Origin: Hydrolagus colliei
Lineage: Eukaryota
Assembly (NCBI GenBank): GCA_035084275.1
Contig: CM068742.1
Location: 106,392,001 to 106,456,000, forward strand
Direction of reading: 5' to 3'
Length of the DNA: 64,000 nt
This document shows, one piece after another, positions 52,270 through 64,000 of this stretch; within the stretch, counting starts at the first letter, position 1; every line of letters begins with the position of its first letter. The notes under the pieces are model-generated. The model worked only from the letters and a program-made list of their open reading frames with translations. It had not been told where the DNA came from and did no database searches. The translations under genes were made by a program, and so were the position numbers.

Positions 52270-52550
52270 TTTCTCTCAGTCGGTAGCACTTTAGAGTCTG
52301 GGTCAGAAGGTTGCGGCTTTGAGCCGACACCACCGCGCTCTCTCATAATCTGGGTTGACACTGACTGAGAGCTATGTTGTTGGGGGATGCAGTCATCAAA
52401 CGCAGATTAATTGGTTACTCGACTCATTGTTCTTTTTTGGGGATCTTGCTGGTGTACATCAACTGCTTTGTGTTTGCTTATGGTAATAACAGTCACAACA
52501 CTTCAAATTCATTGTGTGAAATTCTTTGAGACATGTTTGATGGGGTAAGG
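52270..52550 (+). mobile_element. Deu-type SINE, decayed
   Basis: ctcagtcggtagcact..tctgggtcagaaggttgcggc head and gggatcttgct core. Confidence 0.6.
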
Positions 52551-53679
52551 TGGTCATTAGTGGTAATAGTAGTATTAATAATATTAGTAGTAGTTTCTAT
52601 ACAAGCTCTTTAAGGCAGTGAAACCTTTCCACAGTCTCTGAGGTTTCAAAATACAAACTGAATTTACCTCGATTTGTTTTCCATCAAATTAGGTAAAAAT
52701 CGGACCTGTGAGTCATGTTTAGACTCTTTGCTGAAAAATTCCCAAATTAGGCATTAGGTTAACTTGATGTTCAAACTTTGCATATTTTAGTCACAACCAA
52801 AGAAATATAGGGAGCTCTGTGATGGGTGACTCAGGGAGCAGACACAGTCATTGTCTGTGTGCTGGTAAACCTGGGAATATGCCAGCGATCTTTCAAGTAG
52901 CACACACTCATTCATTGCTGTGTGCTGTTGGGGAAGGGGAATCGAATGAAAGTAAAGCACTTGCCAAATGAAGAGTGGAAAAAACATGGAATTTGTCCTT
53001 ATGAATCTGGGGAAGCAGCAGTAGCATGGACCATGTGGTAAGGTCATCTACAGAGTCACAAAAGGTGCTATAGAATTGTAATTTGTTGGTAAGATGGATA
53101 TTGAGCAGAAATTCAACAAAAACAATTTGCGGAGAGTGTCTCGAGATACACTGATTTAAAGTTACTATTAAAATTGGCCTGAATTCCTTTTTTTTGATAA
53201 TTGATTCCAAAACATGTTAAAAAAATCATAATCCTTGCATTTGATATAGCACCTTACAGCACCTTATCACGTCATTGAGACATCTCAAAACGCTTCACAT
53301 TTTTTATGCTGCAGAATGGTTCAAATGTAGCCCGCTATAGGAAGCTTTGACATCATCAAAGTTGTACTGAGATTTTTGAGAACTCCTCTTATTGTTTGGA
53401 ACCTCCACTCCAAAACCAGCGGGAAAGCGTGTTTTTCTTCAGGACCAGGAAGACAGAGAGGTCATGGAATGGCCTTTGGGTGTAGGCTGGATGCCAAGCA
53501 GCAGGTGTATAGGATGATCTGCTGCTATCAACAGTTGGTAGTAAAGCAATGGCTGTGACATGTGAGGTCTGAGACTGCACAATGCCTATCATGTGATTGA
53601 AATGTGACTACAATGTGGATTACATTGTGACTACATGGTGACTGTGAGCCAGAATGTACAATTGTTATATCATGGTAAG

Positions 53680-54500
53680 TAACAAGAACAGAAATTTGCA
53701 TCTATCTATACAGCGTCCTTCACGTCTCAGAGCACTTAACAATGGTGTGGTCTGACAGCCGCCCAGAGAGGGAGTGGAGGTGACCAAGAGCACAGTTGAA
53801 AAGCAAAGTCTTCAGGTGCGATTTGAAGACTGCCCGAGACAGAGAGATTGAGGCAGGGACTGCTAGAGATCTGGGGTGTAGTGGTTGAAAGCACGGCTTC
53901 CAACCATGAAATGCAGAGGATGAGGGACATGCAGATGACCTGGGCCAGCTGAGCAAAGGGAATGAATAGTGGAGTGAAGCATGAGTGGAGTCCTGTAGCT
54001 CAGTAGTTAGAGCACAAGCGTGAGAGCTCTATTCGAATCCAGGCAGTTCAGGGCAAAATCTTAGGCAAATTTCCTTTTTCCACACACCTAATAATAATCC
54101 CTACAAAAAAAAACACAATAATATAATTGGTCATTTCAATCCACGACTGTTTGTGGGACACTGCTGTGCGCAATTGGCTGCCATGTTTCATCCGCATATC
54201 TACAGTCAATTAATTCACATTACAGTACATTCTGTGAAGCGCTTTGAGACGTCGAGAAGATGTGAAAAGCGCTATATCAAAATGCAAGGATTTTTATTAT
54301 TATTATTGGAGAGGTGTGGAGGTGCCAGGCTAAAGGTATTTGAAACTGAGAGTGAGGATCATGAAATCAATCCGGTCTGTAACAGGCAGCCAGTGGAGCC
54401 AGGAAAGACCTGGGGATGTGGAGCCTAGTATGACACGGGAGACAGAGTTTGGTACAATTTGGACCTTGTTTATAGTGGAGCTGGAAGAGCTCACACATAT
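53680..54500 (-). mobile_element. Decayed L2 3' region interrupted by a SINE
   Basis: Reverse strand gives [22 protein letters not shown] (54330..54512) and FKSHLKTLLF. Confidence 0.75.
53987..54307 (+). mobile_element. Full-length tRNA-derived SINE, short form
   Basis: ggagtcctgtagctcagtagttagagc head, family body and (TTA)n tail. Confidence 0.9.
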
Positions 54501-55191
54501 TGTACAGGACAAACCTTAGTCCCCTCGCACTCTAGAAAATGCAACACGTTATGGACAAGAAACGGAATGAAAGCATGATGGAGACACAGGAACAAAGAGA
54601 TCCTAAGTGATTTTACAATGCAGATATCAGGAGCCTCACAGGCCAAGAAAAATGGTATCCAAAAGTTCGGAACAAAAATATAAAGAATTCTTTTTTAAAA
54701 AGGCTTCCAGAGTGTAAAACAATTTACTGCTGGGCCAAAACGCATTCACACAAGCCTCTCAAATCCTGCCATCTCCTCTCCTTTCCTTCTCCCCCTGTGC
54801 TCCACATCTGGCAGTACGACCAGGTGCATTAATCCCGTTGTTGGCACCTCGTTAATATTGTTGAGAGGTGCCAAAAATAGACAGTTGCAGTGGGGCTCAC
54901 TGTTCATATGCCTGCCCTTTCAAAGATCCGGAGAAGAATCTTTGGCGATACAGCTACAGTACTTCTAGGGCATCAGCCTGGCTCAGTTGGTAGACCTTGT
55001 ACAAGCTGACCTTCCAATGCAGTGCTGGTGGGTTGTTGTTGGAGGCACATCCTTTTTATGAGATGTTAAACCAAGTTCCCAACTCTGTTCAGTATTAAAG
55101 ATGCCACAGCAGTTAACAAAATGTGAAGAGTGTCCTGGCCAACGATCCTCCAGATAACATTTGTGCTTCATTTCAAGGCTATCTTGAAATA

Positions 55192-55503
55192 GAGTCCTAT
55201 AGCTCAATGGTTAGAGCACTCACCTTGCAAGCGAGAGACCTGGGTGCAATTCCAGGCAGAGCGAAACCTTGGGCAAGTTTCCTAACTCCACATGACTGAT
55301 AATAAACCCTCAAAAAAACAAAAATAAATTGGTCATTTAAATCCATGACTGTTTGGGGGATTCTGCTGTGTGTAATTGGCTGCAGCGTTTCGCCCACAAA
55401 TATACAGTGAATTTACTTTACAGCATATTTTGTGAAGCGCTTTGAGACATCTAGAAGATGTGAAAAGCACTATAGCAAATGCAAGCATTATTATTATTAT
55501 TAT
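55192..55503 (+). mobile_element. Full-length tRNA-derived SINE, short form, following a Deu-type SINE (about 54978-55190)
   Basis: gagtcctatagctcaatggttagagcactc head and (TTA)n tail. Confidence 0.9.
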
Positions 55504-58500
55504 CTGTGGGACACAAATAGGCTGCCATGTTAGCCTACAAATACGCAGTCATGACACATTCAAATGTTATGTGAAGCACTTTGAAATTGTTCAATGAGGT
55601 AATAAGGTGCTCTTATCAAGTGAAAGGATTTTTTTATTTGTAGAACATTGATGGCAACCAATGCAATATTTTGCTCTAAGTACTAAACGTTAAAACTGGG
55701 CGATGGTGGTGGGGAGCTTGGAGAAACAAATAAATTGGATGAGCCCCAAAAATTGAGTTTCTCCACCACTGGGTTACAGAGTACGTTGGGTGGATGGAGA
55801 TTCATTTGGTGCTACAAACGACCCTTGCACACTTAAACCTATCGAGAAACCAATCACTCTCTGTTTGAAGCATACACGTGCTGCACATGGACTTTGCCTG
55901 TTTGCTAGAGTCAAGAGAACCATCCTGCTACCAGACATGTGATCGACACCTTATGTTTCCTCATCTCATTATAGTGCCTGTATCAAGAATTTCCTGAAAT
56001 TACATGAGACGTGAGGAACATATGCATGCAAATAAGTCACCCAGATATTGGAATGTTTTACACATGAAAGCAAAAATGGTATTCGCTGCCTAAGATAAAA
56101 CAGATGGGCAGAAGTATGTTGCAAGCGAATCATCTGATCCCACTAATTGTGTCACTACCTTGTAACTCACTCCGAAGCATCCATTACTGTACATTTATAA
56201 ATCACAGTGCATAAACAGTGACATCCCCATTCCAGGTCACAACCCTTAGCCTCTAAGATCTGAGGCTTGCAGATAACATGCCAGACTCTTGGTCGTTAAA
56301 TGCAAAGGAGTTACAACCACTGGTGATTATAGTGAGGCTGCTGTATCTCACTAAAATTTGTGACTCTATCCCCCCCCCCCACCCACTCCCCACCCACCTT
56401 CTCCTTCCAATAGTTATCAGTGTTGGAAGGTCATTCTTTCTCTGTGTTCGGTTGGAGTTTTGAGGTTTCACATTTGTTGTGTTTTTTTAAAGTAGGTTAC
56501 TTTTCTTTAAAATTTTACACCGCGCAGCATTTTGGAAAATCCTTCAAGCCGGTCTTAATTTGGAAGCTGCTTTTCTGAAGTTCCTTTTTGTGCAAAAAAT
56601 AGTATTTTTCCTTTTAAGGTATCACTCAAATCTGATTTAACTGAATTTAAATTTTCCAAAATTTTGCACAATCCTAAATTGTTTTCCCTCATTGGCATTG
56701 CTTCCCTCCCACAACTGCCTGAGATAATCACCTTCCTTCTTTCTTCCTTTTTATGAAAGATGAGAAGCGTATCCTCTCTAAGGATCGAAAACAAAATTTG
56801 ATGACAGGTGGTGAGGTTGCTCTCTAGAATTATTTAGCTTCAACCCTTTTGGCATAATGGGACAGGACCACCACTACTCCCTGTCCCCCCCACACACTTC
56901 ATCCATATGATGAGGAGAATGTAGTATAATATTCAATTTCTGTGTGCACTCAGTTTAGTTCAACATAGTTTAAATAGATGCAGTCGGATTTGAATATATA
57001 AGAGCATAAAACAAACGACTCATCTTTTTCACTTCTGCATTGAAGAACCTTCTTGAAACGCAAAATAAATTTTTAAAGAAGCTTCGATGGAGTATGAAAT
57101 GAAATAGTTTGGGATCTGTTTAGGCATTCTGAGACAATTTGGTTTTGATAGTTTTGCTTTACAGTCCAGTTAAGCTGACAGAAAAGGATCTTGTCTTTTT
57201 ATAGTCAGCATACATAACGCCAATTGTCGTGACATCTGGAAGGCTTGTTTTATCTGTAAGCACAGTTAAAGACAAATGAAAGCAGACAGATGTAAGACTG
57301 GTGTGGCATCTTCGCCTCAAGCACTTATTCACTGTACATTTTGCAGTGTGTCAAAAAGAGGCAGCATTTACAGAATGAAAACATTCTGTCACATCTGCAC
57401 ACTGCTGAGCTGGGCCGTTTAACCATTGAAGGGATTTTTCCTGCTCCTGTAGCATGTCACCGAGCAGAAGCTTTGTAGTGCTGTTATACAATGTGCTGTC
57501 GCACTGGTGCAGTTTCTCTGAGTGCACGACTTGGGTTGGTGGTCTTAGTACTCCCCAGGGTGAGAGGCTGGTTAAGGACTCTTATCAGACTCTGAGGCAG
57601 GACAGAGGCTTAGCCTTGAACAACCCAGAGAAGTCCCCACAGTAAAATAGGGGAAATGCAAGAGCTCAGGGTCTGATTTTACAGATTTCCTAGTGGCCAA
57701 GTATTGAGCAGCATTAATAATTCTCTGGAAGCTGTCACTTGCCATAGTGGTCTGTTGGACTGTATTTGTGGGTGGCTAATACAGAACAGAGGAAACTGAA
57801 GAGGAATGGCAAAATGCGAAATGAGTAAGTGCATAAGACCCTTCTAACGCCTGTAGTATTCCAGAATTAAATGATAATGAACATCTTAAATTGTTTCAGG
57901 ACAGTGTATATAGTCAACTGTAACTACCACATCAAAACAATTGACCCATTCCATCTCCTGTCACATGTGCTGAGCTGGTAGTCGGAAAAGACTAGCTGAA
58001 ATAATGCTTGTCTGGGCTCTAAGTGCTGTCCACACATCAGCTTTGTGGGTGACATTATTCAGACTTTTGTCTTGGTGATAAATTCACTGCTTAAGCTGTT
58101 CTTTTATCACTCTACATCCCTATCATCACAGCAGTACAGCATGGCAGCGTTTAATACACAAATGGCCCTCTTTTTAAACTCTACAGACCACACACAATTT
58201 CATGCATATATATCGACTGTGACACTGCTGAACTGTAGACTTGGTTTTGAATTCTTCCAAAAGCGTTGGAGACTTTCCCATCTTATTTCTTTGCACAGTT
58301 TGGGAAACATTCATGAAGAGTTGTTCTTAATGGTCTGGTTCTTAATGAAACCTAGTTCTAATGGTTGCCCTTTGGACTGTTTATTTGGAAAGCAGTGTGG
58401 AAGAATGTAGGCTGGTATTAATGTGCTGTGTCTTGCTTCTCTAAAGAGCAGCACCAACTCACCCAACCCTCTCTGGTCTGAAGCAAGACCTTCTGGTCTT

Positions 58501-58649
58501 TAACAAAGGGCTTTGGTTTCTCTGTCACTCTGCCTACAGAGCTTCTTGTCTCTCCTCGAGTGAGTGCAGAGTTCACAGGTTCTGTAGTTATCAGAAGACA
58601 AACAGACCCTTTCCTGGTGAATTTATAGTATTGGAATAGAATTAAGAAT

Positions 58650-58810
58650 AAGTCCTGTAGTGTTTTGGTTAGACCACTTGCCTCACATCCCCACTGGGAT
58701 GTCCTCCCGACGTGAAATGCACTCTATAAATGTTGTTGCCTCGCAGACGAGAGGTCCTGGGATTGATTTCCAGCCAGAGCAAAACGTTAGGCAAGTTTCC
58801 TTACTCCATG
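58650..58810 (+). mobile_element. SINE head interrupted by a 51-bp L2 tail
   Basis: agtcctgtag..ggttagacca head; TTGCCTC duplicated at 58678-58684 and 58736-58742. Confidence 0.75.
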
Positions 58811-61800
58811 TAGATAGTCTATGAACTCCAAATTCAATCAAGCACTATTATTGCATCCCCTTATCTTCATAATATAACCCTGGCCTTCTTCCTGCCAGAC
58901 ATGCTTTAGTAAGGTTTAAAACACATTGAATTTTAATGAAAACAAAAGTGTAATTTTGTCACATGGGTCAGAGTAAAATGCAGATGAAATTGCTGGGCAG
59001 ACAGGCTAGGGCTCATTTCTCCACCAAGTCTGCCTCTTAGACACACTCTTATCTGTTCTGTATCTGCCATTCTTTGGTCAGTAATAATGGTTTATTGACC
59101 AGCCGGTGGATTTATGACTGAGGTCATAGTGCGAGAGGGCTGAATGAATGTAAGTGGAATCTTTCACGTGGTTGGAACACGGCCATAAATTGCACTACTG
59201 CTTAATGAAGATATTTATAAGCCACCTTAAGAAAACATTGTGGGTTTCTCTATCTGCTCACTCGCTTTAGCATATTTACAAGTTGCCTTGCACCTCCTAT
59301 TGTGATGCTCAGCACCGACCAGTGGGAATATTTTACTGATCTCTTGTGTCCTGTCCATGTGGCCTGCTCCACCAAAGAGGTGAGGAAAATCTCCATTTTA
59401 GTACAATGGATTGATGCACTGGGACCATTTTCCTGCCTGTCAATAGTTTAGTTGTGGATTGTTTATTAGTGAAGCCTTCTTAGACCAGATTATAATCAGC
59501 CTTTAGCAGTCCTGGCTTTGTCACTCACCCTGTCACCATGCAAAACAGAAAACCCACCTAGACGGCATCAAGTGCTGTGCCCGGGCCTTCCAAAAGGTCC
59601 AGCTTTAGCTGCCATAATGAAATATGACAATAACTCTGTTCCCTGGCCCCTCCAGGAATTTGTGCATCACATTGACATCCATCGCTTTGCTCTCTGAAGT
59701 CCTTCTCACTTTGTGTCAAACAGCAGTGAAGCAAAACTGTAGATATCAAAGAACCTGTGGGTTTTTTTAACATGCAAAATCATATTTTATTTCAAACCCA
59801 ATACATGTGATTTTTGAGTCCTTGTTCTCAGTGTACACATCCTGCTAGTATATTAAACTAGATTCTTCCTAAAGACCACTTGTCATTGTCTGGCTGCTCA
59901 GACAGTCCAGGCCCTTGATAATGGAACAAATGTCTAAATGACAGCAGCTGCCACACACAAAGCATCCTATGTGTCCGTGTCAAAATGACAATCTACTTCT
60001 ATTTTCTGGCTTGCAAGCATGAATAGAGAGGCAACAGACCACAAAGAGCTGGTGTCCTGTGGTTGTTTATTTCTCCGTCATCCCCCACTCCCGCCCCCCA
60101 CCACCTTCAAGATATAAATTGTTGCTGAAGAAGCTTTTTTTTGTGAGAAATAGTTTTGTTCCAAAATGTTTTGAAGACATATTGCCCCCTCCCCTCCCCA
60201 GGGTGAGGATCAATTGTTGGTAGTTGCAGGTTGAGTGGTGACAGCGCTGACCTCTGGTCTTCAGCTCTGGTTCCCAACTGTGGCAGGCGAGCAGTGAGGT
60301 GAAAGGGCAGAGGTCAGCATCATAAGTACATGAGCAATGTGCTCCCTCATATTGATCTGCGCTGCAGACAAATGTTGACTATCTGAGGGCTCAGTGCATG
60401 AATGTGCTGCTCTGGGTGACTTGTGTCTGTGTCATTCAGAGGAGGAAAGCTCCCGTTTCAAAGCTCAGTCTGGACTGAAGCTGTTGATCTTAGGAGGCAC
60501 ACTGGTGGTATCCTTTTGACTGACCTACAGGTAGGGGCGGGAGTGGGGGTGGGGAAGGGGCAAAGGAGGTTTGGGTGGGGGGGGCTGCAAAAGGGTGAGG
60601 AAGCCAGCTAAAACCACAAAATACAACAAAATTACAATTATAGAGAGTCTTTCACATTGGGAGGACATCCCAAGGCGCTGAGTTTAGACTTTAGATTAGA
60701 CTTTAGTTAGCCTGTAGATATTCAGTGACCCCTGTTGAATACTGTGCATTTGTGAATGTCAAATGAGGACAGGATGTTGAGTGAGAGTTGGCGGCATGGA
60801 TGGAGCATATGTCTTTAAGAAATGTAATTTTGTTGTTGTTGCTTACTGAAGCATTATCTGACAATTAACCTGGCTGTGATACCACTAGAACGTGCCCTTC
60901 CTCACCAGAAGAGTCAATAATAATAAGAATCTGTGCATTTGATATAGCGCTTTTCACATCTTATCAACGTCTCAAAGCTCTTCACAGAATATACTGTAAA
61001 GTGAATTGACAATCAACATTCACAACCTCGGCTCACATGCAGTAAATGGCCTACGCAGATTAGTTAAGCCAAATAGCCTTCCTCTGTGCTGTAAATTTCT
61101 ATAGCAATCAACAGTCACCTCGATCTGCAGCCCAGCATGGATCAACCCCTTCCAGAAATGAGGAGAGGGGAAGAAAAATAAGGTTCAGAGCTGCAGGTGA
61201 GTCAGACAACAATCCCTCACAGCCAAGATGCCTGCTCACCACTTGCAGGTGGAAACATTTATAATTATAGGGCACTGCAGCTTTAAACAGCGGAGGAGAA
61301 TAGAAGTTGGTGGAAAGCAGGTTATTCGCTTATCAGCAGCTGCCATATCCAAAATGTTTCCTTCGGTTTTCGTTTGCATTCGTGCATCGGTGGCTAGGAT
61401 AGACCATGTATCTTCTTCAAATTTTATGAACATTATCTCACAATTAGCCTGGGATTTTTGAACCTTGTCCATTCTCCACAGTAGCCTAATAGCACTCCCA
61501 GTAATCCTCTCAGAGTGCTTTTGTATTCACAGCTGAGAGCCCCCTAGCAAGAATACCTTTGTGAATGGAAATGTTTTGAGCAGCAAAGAGAGTGAGAGAG
61601 GAAGGGCAATTTCTATTTTACATGCTGTTAATGCCGGGCTGAAGACGGGAGCATGTAATAGCAGATGTACAGCAAATGGCCATTTGTACCTGTGAGCATC
61701 AAACCCCTCATCAAATGGATGGTCTGTCTTTAATAGCGCTTGAGTTCACAAGCAGCAGCCTCATTTAGATGTACCTGGATCACAAGAGACATGGACCCTA

Positions 61801-62901
61801 TTGTACCTTTGCATGACTTTCCACTTAAAACGACCATTTGTGCTTCAACGAGTCCATCAGCCTGTGCTTTGTTGTACTTATAACTTGGTTTGTTTCTGCT
61901 AATAGTCCCAGCTCTGGTCCTAGTTCAAGGCTAAGGGGAAAAATAGAGTAATGCTCATCCCCTAATTATAGCAAGACACAGACAGCTTTCGTTCACTACA
62001 ACAAATTGATCCCTTCAATACTGGGTGTTCTCTTGCCTTCTGGAACATCTGTTTTGTCCAGTTTCTTTTGTTAGGCCATGTAAGTGTGATGTGCTGCCCA
62101 GATTGTGATGTTGAATAGCATTAATCACACTCCAATCATCTGAAACACGTGGATTCACAAGCGGTTTATTCCTATTTCTGCCACAATTTTATCCCTTTAG
62201 CAGCAGTTTACATGAAGATGCCACCATGCCCGAGTGTGTGTGTGTTTGTGTTCAACAGCAACATTTCTATTCTTTTAGTTGCTCCCAGAAGAAAAAATCG
62301 TATTTTAAACAGTAACACGTTCTGAAATTCACACCTGAAGCACCCATTGTTTACAACTTCCTCTCTTGGAGAGAAACCATATTGAATACCTTTTTTCGGA
62401 CACACCAGTGAAATGCACAAATGCAGTCACTATATGTTGCAGAAAACGTTGTTCGCACTTCGAGATATTATAGGTGATTTACCAAATGCAAGGATTTTTG
62501 TTGTTGTTCATTTCATATAAAGAAAGCCTGATTGGATGGTTTAACAACAACAAAATTATACTTGTAAAGTACCTTTCACATCAGGAGGACTTTCCAAGGC
62601 ACTGCTCAGTCATTGTTTCTGACCCGAGCTGGGTCAGAAACAATGTTTAGCTTGTAAATTGGTGGGGAAAAGAAAATAATACTTCAGCTTGAGTCACACA
62701 GTGCACAGTGAAAGAAGGTTCTATGTGCTGGTGCCTGGAATATTGGGAAATCAGCACTAAAAGTCTACGGGAACTGAATTAATGTGGGGGAGAAAACTGT
62801 TTTCATTGCTTCAATTTCCAGTTTTCAGACACTTAAATCCTTTACCTGAAATCTCCTAAAATCAAAAATTAAACTTACTAATATGGTCCATGTTCCTCAT
62901 T

Positions 62902-63075
62902 TCATAAGAGCATAACATAACAAAAAATAGGAGTAGGAATAGGGCATTCAGCCCCTCAAGCCTGCCCCGCCATTTTATACGATCACGGCTGATCTTCTAT
63001 CCTAATTCCATTTACCCGACCTATCCCCATATCCCTTAAACCCTTTAGCTTTTAAAAAACTATCTTGAATATTTC
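62902..63075 (-). mobile_element. CR1 LINE 3' end
   Basis: Reverse complement of the 21460-21589 CR1 3' UTR (ataggagtagg..attcagcccctcaagcctgccccgccatt). Confidence 0.85.
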
Positions 63076-63129
63076 CACTGCTTCAAAACACAACCTAAAA
63101 TTGAAATGTAACAATGGGCCATTTTGTTC

Positions 63130-63330
63130 ACCTGGTCTGACACTCCATTATAGTGCTGGGAGAGTTCTGGATTCTCAGAAGGTCACCCTTCGGTTAAGTC
63201 ATTAAACTGAGATCGTCTCTGGCTGTTCGGGTGGGTATAAAAGATCCCAGATTGCTATTTGAAAAGAGGAGGGAGTTTTGTTTGGTGTCTTGGTCTGTTC
63301 CTGGTCAACAGTTTTAGCTGTGAAAAGGTG
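63130..63330 (+). mobile_element. Deu-type SINE core
   Basis: ctgacactcca..ccttcggttaagtcattaaactgag..aaaagatccc..ctatttgaaaagaggagggagtt. Confidence 0.65.
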
Positions 63331-64000
63331 CTTTGAAAGGTAGGCAATATATTGTATGTGATTATTATGTATAAATTCAATGCCAATATCATAGCATATT
63401 TATCATTCAATAGCTTTCTTCTTAGTTTTGGAGTTTGGGGGCTGAGAAAATGCAGTTTGTGATAGAATTGCCAGGGATCTCAAATGCCACATTCCCCCAC
63501 CCCCCACCCATAAAAGCCCACCTTAATACTGTGTAACGTAGCAACTTCATAACTACACTAGCATCTTTAAATCTCAGGTAGAAGCTTTCAACAGCACCAC
63601 CACAACAATGTTGATCAATTTCTTATTAATCATACAAATTATTAAGTGATTTATACACCAATTTTATAGCATTTTTTAAAACAGCTAGACAATTTTTTTT
63701 AAAGTCCCTAGTTACGTTTATACTGTACTCAGCTTGATAAGACAATTGCGCCCCATCTGGCCAAACACTGTTATGTTAAACTGTTTTGCTACTGTATTCA
63801 ACTTCAAATTAAATGTGGGTCCCCAATCAGTGCTGTAACAATGGAAAATGAGGAAGTGAATTAAGAAATTATATTACCAGTTTCCAAATTTAATCTGCTG
63901 TCAGTGAGAATAATGGAGTGAGAGAGATCCTCCAGAAAGATTCCTCATGGCCTGGTTGAGGGAGTGGAGTTTCAGAGTCTGTGAAAATGTCGCCTATCTG

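Larger units (their letters stand above)
17760..64000 (+). other. BNC2: Very long BNC2 intron (>46 kb); next exon lies beyond the window
   Basis: Donor gtagga at 17760. No ORF resembling the expected DAAGKVLDRW.../C2H2 zinc-finger exon in the ORF track. Confidence 0.8.

Noticed and set aside
1-64000. Recurrent similar short ORFs (e.g. ...[16 protein letters not shown]...KCKDYYY) suggesting a peptide family
   Set aside because: All are translations of the same SINE 3' body.

Overview
Vertebrate genomic DNA, almost entirely intronic, from a basonuclin-2 (BNC2) locus on the + strand. The repeat content (L2 and CR1 LINEs, tRNA-derived SINEs with Deu-type bodies, Tigger/pogo MITEs) suggests a cartilaginous fish such as a chimaera; this is inference only. 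Two coding exons are clear: 11231-11333 (103 nt, [34 protein letters not shown]) and 17524-17759 (236 nt, [15 protein letters not shown]...[10 protein letters not shown]), both with canonical AG/GT ends. The upstream exon and the large downstream zinc-finger exon are not in the window. The rest is a mosaic of decayed LINEs, SINEs and MITEs, often nested with visible target-site duplications (TSDs), plus microsatellites, one 156-N assembly gap and repeat-free blocks that may be conserved enhancers. I found no new multi-gene system. The best leads are inverted SINEs bracketing the first exon, an in-frame stop-free two-exon unit that could circularise, a pre-miRNA-like intronic hairpin, a fold-back Tigger MITE and recurrent fold-back hairpins in L2 copies. 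Most ORF-track entries are spurious or repeat-derived. Repeat boundaries are approximate unless a TSD or terminal inverted repeat (TIR) is quoted.
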